NCBI RefSeq assembly: GCF_006345805.1
Contig: NC_043023.1
Location: 12,462,001 to 12,526,000 of the forward strand
Direction of reading: 5' to 3'
DNA from: Octopus sinensis
Taxonomy: Eukaryota
DNA length: 64,000 nt
How positions within the stretch are numbered: position 1 is the stretch's first letter; each line of letters begins with the position of its first letter. The translations under genes and the position numbers were made by a program. This document shows, piece after piece, positions 24,800 through 36,726 of the stretch. The notes under the pieces are model-generated. The model was not told where the DNA came from. It saw nothing but the letters and a program-made list of their open reading frames with translations, and made no database searches.

Positions 24800-25760
24800 T
24801 CACGACTAGCTAGTGCACGCACCGGGACCACTCTTCTTAAAAGTACTACTTAAAAAAGGGTGGTCCCGGTGCGCGCAATCGCGTTGTCACACATCCGCGC
24901 TAGCTAGTCGTGACTAGTCGATCGTACAACGACTACCTAGTAAAGTAAATAAAACACAAAATAAATATTTTTTTTGGCGTAACTTCGGTATAGGTACCGG
25001 ATACATTTCAAGAAATATATTTTTTTGGCGATGTTTCGCTTGTCGTAGCACAAGTTTCCGTCGATTTCCGTAAAAGACTTTTATTTTTTTACATAAGTAA
25101 TGAGAGCGAAAGAGACTAAGAGAAAGCGATTGTATGACGAGGGAAGTTCTTTTGAAGTTACCGTCCAGGGGAAGCATTGATGTACATGTGTGTGTGTGTG
25201 TGTTTGATGGGGTGTGGGAGACAGACAGTATGTTGTGTAAGTGAAGTGCTTCTGTTAGTGTGTGTGAAGAACCAGAGAGAGTAATGTGTGAAAGAGAGAG
25301 ATAACTGAAATTTTTTACTCGGTGTATGTGTATATGTATGTCTGCATGTATGTGTGTGTGTGTGTATCTATGTATGTGTGTGAGTGTATGTGTGTGTGTA
25401 TGTATGTATGTATGTATGGCCGATTCAGTGTTTACATTTTTTACGGAAATCGACGGAAACTTGTGCTACGACAACCGAAACGTTGCCATTTTTTTTTATA
25501 TATGGGGGGTTAGGGTTTGTGTTAGGAGTGGGAGAAAAGGGTTTCTGTTATCTTCAGAAATGTAAACAAAGCCACGTGTGTACCTATACCGAAGGAGTTC
25601 GAGACAACTATTCTTAAATAGTACCTTAATAAGGCGATCCTTCGGTATAAGTACACACGTGACTTTACATTTCTGAAGATAACAGAAACCCTTTTCTCCC
25701 CCCACCCAACCCCCATGTATAAAAAAAAAACAGCCCTCTTTTGAAATGTATCTGGTTCGA
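24800..25760. mobile_element. Cluster of GGTAC-terminus (Merlin-like) MITE pieces with internal inverted repeats
   Basis: GTACTACTTAA..GTGGTCCCGGTGCGCGC..CTAGTCGTGACTAGTCGATC termini. Inverted repeat 25033-25075 vs 25438-25482. Confidence 0.65.
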
Positions 25761-25992
25761 GGCGGTGAGGTGGCAGAATCGTTAGCACACCGGGCGAAAT
25801 GCTTAGCAGTATTTCGTCTGCCGCTACGTTCTGAGTTCAAATTTCGCCGAGGTCTACTTTGCCTTTCATCCTTTCGGGGTCGATAAATGAAGTACCAGTT
25901 ACGCAGTGGGGCGATATAATCGACTTAATCCATTTGTCTGTCCTCGTTTGTCCCCTCTATGTTTAGCCCCTTGTGGGCAGTAAAGAAATAGG
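25761..25992 (+). mobile_element. SINE family 2 (second copy ~26446-26656, fused to a family-1 head)
   Basis: A-box-like TGGCAGAATCG, B box GAGTTCAAAT, body GCCTTTCATCCTTTCGGGGTCGATAAA, tail AGCCCCTTGTGGGCAGTAAAGAAATA. Confidence 0.75.
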
Positions 25993-27848
25993 CACTTCCG
26001 GTACTTACACCGGTACATACACCGAAGGTTCGCCCCTTATTAATAATAATATAAATAATAGATCTCTGTGAACTTCTCTCGATGTTTGAGTAATTATTTC
26101 GAAGCGGGAACCTGACAACAATTAGGAAAATAGATTTGTTGGTCTGAAGAACTTCCAAACTGAAATGTTGATCTGTGGTTTATGGAAACCTATAATCCAC
26201 AGTTACACGTGGTATAAAGGAAATTAATTAGTAAAATGAGAGTAATGAGGCCCTGTCAGGGTATTTAGCTGTCGAGAGTTGACCGATTGAAGAATACCAC
26301 ATTAATTAGTGTTGTTAATGAGGCACTAATTAACTGGTAAGTTGACAAAGATTTACTTAAAGGTTATATTAATAATAGTAATGATGATGAGGGATTTAAA
26401 TTTTGCTTTCCAACCACATGGTTCCGGGTTCAGTCCCACTGCGTGGGGCAGAAACGTTAGCACGCCGGGCGAAATGCTTAGCGGTATTTCGTCTGTCGTT
26501 ACGTTGTGAGTTCAAATTCCGCCGAGGTCGACTTGCCTTTCATCCTTTCAGGGTCGATAAATTAAGTACCAGTTACGCACTGGGTTCGATGTGATCGACT
26601 TAATCCGTTTGTTTGTCCCCTCTGTGTTTAGCCCCTTGTGGGTAGTAAAGAAATAGATATTAATTTTGTCCTGTACTTTATGAGGCACTGATAAAACGGT
26701 AAGTCGACGAAGATTTATTTAAAGGTTACATTAATAATAGTAATGATGATGAGGGTTTTCAATATTGGCCCAGGACCAGAAATATTTGATGCGAGTGAGA
26801 AGTCGAACCCATGGGACCCAGAATTTCCTGAAAGGGATGAAAGGCAAAGTCGATGTCGACCGTATTTGAACTCAGGACTTTGCGCGCGAAATCGTCATTT
26901 AATTTAAATTCATTTCAGGGTCCATAAATAATAATGATGACAAGGAACATTTTTACTTAAGGCACAGGGCCTGTAATTTGATGGGTTGACGTAATTCTTA
27001 TTCCTGGACCCTAGCTTTTTACTGCTTCGTATTTTATTGACCCCGAAAGGATGAAAGGCAAAGTGAACCTCGGTGGAATTTGAACTTTCAGGGTAAAAAG
27101 ACGGACGAGTGTTACATGTGATATGAAGTAAATAGATTAAAGATTTGGCAGATTAACGGTAAATCGAAATCGTTTGATGTTCGTTACATTTAATTACTGC
27201 ATAATGAGAGAAAAGGTGCCTAATTAATTTTGGTAGACTAACTAATTGGTCTGGTATAAGTACATAAATGTGCCTCACCGACTTTGTTTCCTTGGCCCTT
27301 TTGGCTTCGTATTTTTTTTAATGAAATTTTTCATATAGGCGTAGGAGTGGCTGTGTGGTAAGTAGCTTGTTTACCAACCACATGGTTCCAGGTTCAGTCC
27401 CACCGCGTGGTACCTTGGGCAAGTGTCTTCTACTATTGCCTCGGGTCGACCAAAGCCTTGTGAGTGGATTTGGTAGACGGAAACTGAAAGAAGCCCGTCG
27501 TATATGTGTTTGTGTGTCTGTTTGTCCCCTCCAACATCGCTTGACAACCGATGCTGGTGTATTTACGTCCCCTTCACACAGCGGTTCGGCAAAAAGAGTC
27601 CGATAGAATAAGTACTGCGCTTACAAAGGATAAGTCCCGGGGTCGATTTGCTCAACTAAAGGCGGTGCTCCAGCATGGCCGCAGTCAAATGAATGAAACA
27701 AGTAAAAGAGTAAAGGGTATATCATCCTCTGCAGGTCGTTTAGTATGCTGGAAATAGCAGTCATTACATGGCTTTATCCTAAGAACTGTAGCATGACAAG
27801 CCAAGTGACCTTTCCTTTTAGGTACTTTGTATTTTTGTTTTATTTACT

Positions 27849-29169
27849 TTACTCTTTTACTTGTTTCAGTTATATGACTGCGGCCATGCTGGGGCACCGC
27901 CTTTAATCGAGCAAATCGACCCCGGGTCTTATTCTTTGTAAGCCCAGTACTTATTCTATCGGTCTCTCGCCGAACCGCTAAGTGACGGGGACGTAAACAC
28001 ACCAGCATCGGTTGTCAAGCAATGCTAGGGGGACAAACACAGACACACAAACACATACACACATATATATATACATATACATATATACGACAAGCTTCTT
28101 TCAGTTTCCGTCTACCATATTCACTCACAAGGCTTTGGTCGGCCCGAGGCTATAGCAGAAGACCTTTGCCCAAGGTGCCACACAGTGGGACTGAACCCAA
28201 AACCATGTGGTTGGTAAGCAAGCTACTTACCACGCAGCCACTCCTGCGCCTATATATAGATATATATACGACGGGCTTCTTTCAGTTTCCGACTACCAAA
28301 TCCACTCACAAGGCTTTGGTCGGCCCGAGGCTATAGCAGAAGACCCTTGCCCAAGGTGCCACACAGTGGTACTGAACCCAGAACCATGTGGTTCGTAAGC
28401 AAGCTACTTACCACACAGCCACTCCTGCGCCTATATATATATATATACATATATACGACGGGCTTCTTTCAGTTTCCTTCTACCAAATCCACTCACAAGG
28501 CTTTGGTCGGCCCGAGGCTATAGCAGAAGACCCTTGCATAAGATGCCATGCAGTGGGACTGAACCCGGAACCATGTGGTTGGTTAACAAGCTACTTACCA
28601 CACAGCCACTCCTGTGCCTATATATATATATATACATATATACGACGGGCTTCTTTCAGTTTCCTTCTACCAAATCCACTCACAAGGCTTTGGTCGGCCC
28701 GAGGCTATAGCAGAAGACCCTTGCATAAGATGCCATGCAGTGGGACTGAACCCGGAACCATGTGGTTGGTTAACAAGCTACTTACCACACAGCCACTCCT
28801 GCGCCTATATATATATACATATATACGACGGGCTTCTTTCAGTTTCCTTCTACCAAATCCACTCACAAGGCTTTGGTCGGCCCGAGGCTATAGCAGAAGA
28901 CCCTTGCATAAGATGCCATGCAGTGGGACTGAACCCGGAACCATGTGGTTGGTAAGCAAGCTACTTACCACACAGCCACTCCTGCGCCTATATATATATA
29001 CATATATACGACGGGCTTCTTTCAGTTTCCTTCTACCAAATCCACTCACAAGGCTTTGGTCGGCCCGAGGCTATAGCAGAAGACCCTTGCCCAAGATGCC
29101 ATGCAGTGGGACTGAACCCGGAACCATGGGGTTCGTAAGCAAGCTACTTACCACACAGCCACTCCTGTG

Positions 29170-29172
<3 letters not shown>
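27849..29172 (-). repeat. Full family-1 SINE plus five tandem SINE heads (~181-188 bp period); a sixth at ~30260-30390
   Basis: Repeats of GACGGGCTTCTTTCAG..CCACACAGCCACTCCTG(C/T)GCC separated by (TA)n. Confidence 0.9.
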
Positions 29173-29203
<31 letters not shown>

Positions 29204-29207
<4 letters not shown>

Positions 29208-30224
29208 CTTGTTCCTTGGTTTGTGTCTATGTGTTTCGTCTCTCTATGTGTTCGACGTCTTTTTGGTGTCCTGTACACATATATGCGTGTATATGTACAT
29301 GTAGAGGTAGGTACGTACATATATGTTTATATATATATGCATATATTCTATTTTATTAACATATTATACGATTAAACGCACGCACCCTACTAAGTAAGAT
29401 TGTTCTGTTTATCAAGTTAGCCTTGATATTAACTCTCACGCGACTCTGCATCTTTCTTTCTTTCTCTCCCATTCCCTTTTTCGTCTTTTTTTCCCTCACT
29501 TAACTTGTCTCTTCCTCTCTCTCTCATTCTTCATTCTCTCTCTCCCTTTCACCATTCTTCATGGTCTCCTCGCACCATTCCCCTTCTTCTCTCTCTCTTC
29601 CTCTTGCTCCTCCTCCCCCATTCCCGTCATCCATCTGCGACGATACTTCCGTCGTAACTGCTATCCTGTCTTTTCTCTCCCACCTTGCAAGGCTTCTGGT
29701 TGACAAAATTTCCCTCTCTGTCTTCCACGATAATCCAGCGTTTACAATACTTTTTTCGTCTGGCGTTAACAGCCCTTCTTATCTTGTTCTCCTTGTCTTG
29801 TCTCTCACTGTTATATATTTATTCTTCCACTGTTTATATATATATTTTTTACTGTTTATATGTTTGTACTGTCGTTACCGTCTTGCTTTTTTTTACCCCT
29901 CTGCGAAAAGATCTCAGAATTTTAATTGATTTGCTTTTCGCGGGAAGGAATTTTTCTTCGAAGTATACGTCTCGCTTTTATCCTTCGAAACGTTTAGTAG
30001 ATGAAATCTTAGCGACTGAAGAAGGGGATTTTTCGTTGTGCTTATTGTCCTGTATCTCTCCCTTTTTTTTGCTTGTCTTGTTCCTTGGTTTGTGTCTATG
30101 TGTTTCGTCTCTCTATGTGTTCGACATATATGTGTCCTGTACACATATATGCGTGTATATGTACATGTAGAGGTAGGTACGTACATATATGTTTATATAT
30201 ATGCATATATTCTATTTTATTAAC

Positions 30225-30228
<4 letters not shown>
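29204..30228 (+). mobile_element. ~1-kb element with ~155-bp direct terminal repeats in (TA)n; Penelope-like partial tandem
   Basis: 29204-29364 recurs at 30073-30228. Pyrimidine-rich interior, no TG..CA ends, only partial hammerhead-like words. Confidence 0.5.
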
Positions 30229-30257
<29 letters not shown>

Positions 30258-31617
30258 TATGACGGGCTTCTTTCAGTTTCCTTCTACCAAGGCTATAGCA
30301 GAAGACCCTTGCCCAAGATGCCACACAGTGGGACTGAACCCGGAACCATGTGGTTCGTAAGCAAGCTTCCTACCACACAGCCACTCTTGCTTTGTGTTTT
30401 TGTATACTTTGTATTTTTATTTTATTTAGTTTTTGTAAAAAAAATTATTTATTTTGTGTTTTATTTACTTTGCTAGGTAGTCGCTGCAGGATCGACTAGT
30501 CCCTACTAGCTAGCGCGAGTGCACGCACTGGGACCACTCTTCTTAAATAGTACCCTTATCCACTAACGCCGAAATCCCATGTCTCTTTGTGCTTGCACTA
30601 TTGCTTCAACCAACAAAAAGCTGCAACAATTTGGACAGAAGAAGACAGACCAACGCCGACACCACTTACTCATAATCAGGATTGTAGAGCCATCTCTCTT
30701 TCAACCACCTGCTTCTACATGATTTTTTTTTCAGCTGCTATTTTTAGCAGTGACATTATCCTTTAACTTTTCGTCTTCTATCGAAATTTATTTTTTGCCA
30801 GATTCTCAAGAACAACAAAAAAACCCCCCAAAAAAACAGCAGGACAGCCTTACAAACAAAACACACATGCACACACTAATTTTCTGCTGTTTTTTCTTGT
30901 TTTTCAATATTTTTCAGCGCGACAAAGGTTGGTACACAACAAACCAAAACAAAAATTTTGGATCCTTTCGGTTTGAACAGCAGTTTTTTCTAGAGGTGTT
31001 ATATGAAATTGTCACCCATAATGATGACCCTAGTATCGATCTATTGCATTTCAATCTGTTTTAGGGTTAGGGTTGGTTAGGCGTGGGGGAAGGGTATCTT
31101 TTTTTCTTCACAAATGTAAATAAACCCAATCTGTTTCTTAAACGAGGGACATATTCATACGGCACAGAAAGTTGTTGTTTTTTTTACCTCAATAGACGTC
31201 AGTGATTGGTTGAAATTGCAGAAATTGAAGAAAAAAAAACAACAAATTTCTTACAAACAATAGAATTTTCTCAATAAAGCCAAGAGAAAAAGATGTTTTA
31301 TAAACACATTCTACCAGTATACGAAGTTTAAAAGTGTTTAGTTACGTGGAAATTATTTTAAAAAACTGCCGGTCAAACCGAAAAGATCCCAAATATCTTA
31401 CAAACTATAGAATTTTGCCTACATAGAGTACACAACAAACCAAAAAACAAATTTTTTATTGTTTTTTTAAGATTTTTTTTCCCCTTTTTTGTGCACACAA
31501 CTGCTCCACGAAAATATTTCTGTTGGTTCACTGGTCGGTCCCTTTACTTCTCGTGTTTCATCTCGGAGATCGCCACTTTCTATTTGTCCCTCCCTGGAAA
31601 GCCCTGAATAAACATCC

Positions 31618-32340
31618 ATGTCCCTGCCAGCGTTGCCCCTTTTTGCAGGGGATGCAGCTGTGTGGTTTGCACAGACTGAAGCCTATTTTTTGGTTCACGG
31701 CATTTCCCCTGCGAGACAATTGCCCCTCTTGTATGGCGGCATGCCCCCACCACTCTCCACCTCTGCAAGGGATCTGATTATAGATCCTAACCCAGATGCC
31801 ACTTATGCGTCTGTTAAAGCGGAGATTCTGCGCCGCAACACCAGGTCTGCGGAGAGCCGCTTCAACGAACTGATACAGGGTGAAGAATTAGGGGACAGAA
31901 CACCATCAGAGTTTTTGCGCTCCCTGCGCGCATCAAGTGGTGGTTCAACCGACATGCCCCTTTTTAGAGAAATATTTTTTTCCAAATTGCCTTCTAGCAT
32001 ACGGAAAATTTTCGACACGGCCCTTGAGGACATCACCGTAGATCAGCTCGCCACAATGGCAGACAAAGTTTTGGAAATTTATGGACATCCATCATCACAT
32101 TCGGCAGCCTCAGATAAATCCTCTCCCTTATCATATGACGCCATTTCTGACAAGCTGGACGTGCTCACGCGACAGATGGACGCGCTGTGCCGGGATTATA
32201 GGCGTTGTTCACGTAGTCGCAGTCGTTCTGCCTCTCGTACCCCTCAGTCACATTCTGGACTGTGTTGGTACCATTCCAAATTTGCAGGCAAAGCGCACAC
32301 GTGCATCCAGCCTTGTAGTTTTAAACCCTGGCGAAACTAG
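31618..32340 (+). CDS. Gypsy (CsRN1-like) Gag, intact 240-aa ORF of a decayed element
   Basis: WFAQTEAYF, ELGDRTPSEFLRSLR, IFFSKLP, C-terminal CWYHSKFAGKAHTCIQPC (C-x2-H-x9-C-x3-C). Confidence 0.8.
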   Translation: MSLPALPLFAGDAAVWFAQTEAYFLVHGISPARQLPLLYGGMPPPLSTSARDLIIDPNPDATYASVKAEILRRNTRSAESRFNELIQGEELGDRTPSEFLRSLRASSGGSTDMPLFREIFFSKLPSSIRKIFDTALEDITVDQLATMADKVLEIYGHPSSHSAASDKSSPLSYDAISDKLDVLTRQMDALCRDYRRCSRSRSRSASRTPQSHSGLCWYHSKFAGKAHTCIQPCSFKPWRN

Positions 32341-32835
32341 TCTCGGAGGAGTTGAGTACATCAACTTCCTCTTCTTCCCTTTCTAGGAACCTCTTGCCAA
32401 GGGACCTCTTGTTTCTCCTTACAAGGACCCTTTAGTGTTTTTTCTTGCATGCCCAAAGTTTTTACGATCGATATAGGCACAGGAGTGGTTGTGTGGTGCT
32501 TACCAACCACATGGTTCCGGGTTCAGTCCCACTGCGTGGCATCTTGGGCTAGTGTCTTCTACTATAGCCTCAGGCCGACCAAAGCCTTGTGAGTGGATTT
32601 GGTAGACGGAAACTGAAAAGAAGCCCGTCGTATATATGTATATATGCGTGTGTGTGTTTGTGTCTCTGTTTGTCCCCCTAGCATTGCTTGACAACTGAGG
32701 CTGGTGTGTTTATGTCCCCGTCACTTAGCGGTTCGGCAAAAGAGACCGATAGAATAAGTCCCAGGGTCGAGTTGCTCGATTAAAGGCGGTGCTCCAGCAT
32801 GGCCGCAGTCAAATGACTGAAGCAAGTAAAAGAGA

Positions 32836-33820
32836 GATATGAATGGTCGTACGGAGACCGTTTCTGTAGATCGGCTTAAAAGAGCGTATTTCGAGGTGCC
32901 CACATCTTTCGATGACACCACTGCCCCCGTCCACATTTGAACCTACACATGCACCTTTGCGGTACTACTTAAGAAGACTGGTCCTACATCAACTACATAG
33001 CAAAGTAAATAAAACACAAAATACATAATTTTTTTACAGAAAGTAAATATTTTTTTAAAACAAAGTAAATCATTATCGTCGTCATTGTTTAGCGTCCGCT
33101 TTCCATGCTGGCATGGGTTGGACGGTTCTACTGGGGTCTGGGAAGCCAGAAGGCTGCACCAGGCCCAGTCTGATCTGGCAGTGTTTCTACAGCTGGATGC
33201 CCTTCCTAACGCCAACCACTCTGTGAGTGTAGTGGGTGCATTTTACGTGCCACCGGCACAGGTGCCAATGGGAGGCTGGCAAATGGCCACGATTGGATGG
33301 TGCTTTTTACATGCCACTGGCACAGAGGCCAGGGGAGTCTAGCAAGCGGCCATGATCAGACGGTGCTTTTTACGTGCCACCGGCACGGGGGACAGATCGG
33401 GCTGGCAAACAGCCACAATCAGACGGTCCTTTTTACGTACCACCGGCATGGGGGCCAGGTGAGGCTGGCAACGACCATGATCGTATGGTGCTTTTTACAT
33501 GGCACCGGCAAGGAAGCCAGTCGGGGCGGCACTGGCAACGGCCACGCTCAGATGGTTCTCTTACGTGCCACCGGCACTGGTATCACAGCTAAAACACAAA
33601 GTAAGGATCGACTAGTCATGACTAGCTAGTTCGGAGACGCGAGTGCTTGCATAGGGACCACTCTTCTTAAGTAGTACCCACCTTTGCCAACACCATCACC
33701 CACACATGCACCTTTGACAAAATCAGCACCTCCAACACCACCATCAAGCAGACTCTATGTCGCCAGGACTGGCCGAACTGTTCACTGGTCCAAGAAACTT
33801 GCAAAGACTATTTACATTTG
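32836..33820 (+). mobile_element. Gypsy integrase C-terminal remnant, interrupted by a MITE
   Basis: MNGRTETVSVDRLKRAYF and ARTGRTVHW..* motifs. Possible PPT and LTR start GGGGGAGCCT-TGTA at ~35023-35036. Confidence 0.65.
32961..33678. mobile_element. Merlin-like MITE (GGTAC termini) with 9-bp TSD and nested RTE-related retroposon
   Basis: GGTACTACTTAAGAAGA ... TCTTCTTAAGTAGTACC. TSD CACCTTTGC at 32952-32960 and 33679-33687. Confidence 0.85.
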
Positions 33821-35322
33821 ATGCCAACCACTCCGTGAGTGTAGTGCGCGGATTTTTATGTGCCAGGGCAGGCCGGCAACAGCCGTGGTCGGTTTCTTGC
33901 CTTTCATCAAAAAGATGAAAGGCAAAGTCAACCTTGACAGAAATTTGAACTCAGAACATAGTGGAGTCAGCACCAACCGATCATGGCCGCTGCCAGCCTC
34001 CCCTGGCACCTGTGCCAGTGACATGTAAAAAGCAACATCCGAACGTGGCCGTTGCCAGCACCGCCTCAACTGGCTTCCGTGCCAGTGGCACATAAAAAGC
34101 ACCAACCGGTTGTGGCTTTCGCCAGCCTCCCTTGGGCCCTGTGCCGGTGGCACGTAAGAAGCACCGACCGATCGTGGCCGATGCCACACTCCCCTGGCCC
34201 CTGTGCCGGTGGCACGTAGAAAGCATCCACTGCACTCACAGAGTGGTTGGCGTTTAGGAAGGGCATCCAGCTGTAGAAACACTGCCAGATCAGACTGCAA
34301 CCTGGTGCAGCCTCCTGGCTTCCCAGACCCCAGTCAACCGTCCAACCCATGCTAGCAGGGAAAACAGATGTTATACAATGATGATGAGGAGGATTCTCTA
34401 CAGTTTCCTGTGACAGACAGCTGTTCTTTTGTGTACTGGACATTTTCAATGTTTTGTTATTAAACATTTTGTAAAAATAAAATTTTTTGTGCTTGCTTAT
34501 TCTCTCTTTCTCTTTCTCTTTTACTTGTTTCAGTCGTTTGACTGCGGCCATGCTGGAGCACCACCTTTAATAATGCATCTCGACCCCGGGACTTATTCTT
34601 TTGTAAGCCCAGTACTTATTCTATCGGTCTCTTTTGCCGAACTGCTAAGTGACGGGGACATAAACACACCAGCATCGGTTGTCAAGCAATGCTAGGGGGA
34701 CAAACACAAACACATGCATATATATACATCTATACAACAGGCTTCTTTCAGTTTCCATCTACCAAATCCACTCACAAGGCATTGGTCGGCCTGAGGCTAT
34801 AGTAGAAGATACTTACCCAAGGTGACACGCAATGGGACTGAATCCGGAACCATGTGGTTGGTAAGCAAGCTACTTACCACACAGCCACTCCTGCGCCTAT
34901 ATGTATATTGTGATTACATTTTCTTTTGAGTTGTCATATTCTGTGCCACATCTTCTGGGTAATCGGTAGCCATCTTATTTCTGGTGCCACTACAATCTTT
35001 CTATTTTCATGCCCTGCACTCCAGGGGGAGCCTTGTACTGACGCCTTGTCCCGGACACCACTTTAGGAATTTCATCCATGCATGCGCAGGGGTAAGAGCC
35101 TGCCGGAAGCCCCTTATGTGTATGTGCAGTCATCATCAGCATCAGATAGGCTTGACCACCGTCCTCTCTCTCTCTTCGCCCCTGCTTCCAACCAAGCCGG
35201 ACGCAACTTGACCAGCTCCGTGTGGCTGGAATTCTGAAGGCGATCCATGACTTCAGTGAATCTGAGAAGTATGCCTTCACAATCGTGATTAAACTGTCTC
35301 TGCTGCTTCTGCACCAAGGCGA

Positions 35323-35727
35323 CCTAGCTACTGATTGTCCAGAGATGTAACGCTTGTACAGACAGAAAAATAGATATTGTTATTTGTTCAGAGATCCTTG
35401 TTCTATTGATTTTTTAATGGCTTTGCGGGGTGACTGGGGAAATGTAAAGATGTGCACGACCACCCTTGGAAGGTTTTGAATGACCATAGAAAGTGCGTGC
35501 CCTCTAACTGAAAAATTGTGGATTTGTATAAAAGACACACACACAGACATTTTGCCGTTTATATATATATTTAATGGCTTTGCGGGGTGACTGGGGAAAT
35601 GTAAAGATGTGCACGACCACTCTTGGACGGTTTTGAATGACCGTAGAAAGTGCGAGCCCTCTAACTGAAAAATTGTGGATTTGTATAAAGGACAGGCACA
35701 CACAGACAGACATTTGGCCATTTATAT
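35323..35727 (-). mobile_element. Helitron-like element with duplicated 5' end (copies 47340-47590, 49590-49997, 59860-60115, 61410-61666)
   Basis: Minus-strand start (TC)TATATATAAATGGCCAAATGTCTGTCTGTGTG and CTAG at the other end. Hairpin not evident. Confidence 0.45.
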
Positions 35728-36726
35728 TGTTATGGTTTGGCTAGTGCAGTATTTCTTGACCCACTTTTTGGGAGTGGCGCCGGCACGTCTGGAAGAAAAG
35801 CAACAGCCCTTTGTTTACTGGAAGAGTAATGGCTTTTTTGGAGGGACCTTTTGGCCTTGTGCGGTCGATTGGGGGTCAGAGAGATGTGAGGGCCGAGGAA
35901 GAGGAAAGTAGTGAGAAAGATAGAGTAAGGGCTGAGAGCAGATAGAGAGAGTATAAGGCTAAGAGACAGATTGAGGATAGAGATAGGCAGTTAGGGCTGA
36001 GAGCAGATAGAGAGGATATTAGCAGTGAGAGAGGATGAGGGGCAGAGGAAGACAGACAGAGAGTATAGCAGAGCTAGGGTAGTGGCAAGGACAGAGCAAG
36101 TGAGGTTTTTGCACAGTCGGATTTTGGAAGTCAGAGCAAGCGGTTGGGATGCGAGAGCTTGGCAGGTTGGAGCTAGCAGCGCAAAAAGGGATATATACAG
36201 AGGAATAGGCGACAGAGAGAGAGAAACTACAATATGGGACACTGGCTATTCTAATCAGGAATTAAGGTATTTAATTGTATTGATACGTGCTACGATGTAA
36301 AGAGACTGTAGAAGGAAAAAAAAGAATTGGTGTATTGAACAGTGAAATGAACAATGTGAATTGTGTAAAGACATTTTGTACAGTGTTGTGATTTGAACAT
36401 TGTATAATGTCCTTCGAACTGTATATGACTTGTGTCGTTACCCGGACTGTTATATGTTACTTGCATGTTTAAATGCTTTGATCTGTGTATACCTGTATTG
36501 ATTTGTTGTTTCCTTTAAATGCTTTGATGTTGTAACAATTGATTGTCATAAACTAGTTGTTAAATGTAAGCCAGTTGTTGCCTTGCAGTTTTGTGTCTCT
36601 CTCGGTTGCCTCTGTGTCTCTCTGTGCTGCTGCTACAGTTGATGTTGTTGTTCTATCTCTCCTCTCTCTGGGTTCCGTGGCAAACCTGCCCGTTTCGGGC
36701 GAGCGGCGACGGGTGATTCCGTAACA
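35728..36726. mobile_element. Solo LTR, 999 bp
   Basis: TGTTATGG...CCGTAACA with ATAT TSD. Empty site in the paralogous units (~49985, ~61655). Confidence 0.8.

Noticed and set aside
28388-29359. 323-aa ORF and many short MSSNARG/MVGKQ-type ORFs
   Set aside because: These are translations of SINE repeats and (TA)n tracts.
29940-30030. Hammerhead from CCTTCGAAACGTT and CTGAAGAAGG
   Set aside because: The boxes are in permuted order and I could not build a convincing stem I or III.
31061-31080. Telomeric TTAGGG repeats
   Set aside because: Only two units, internal to the MITE consensus.
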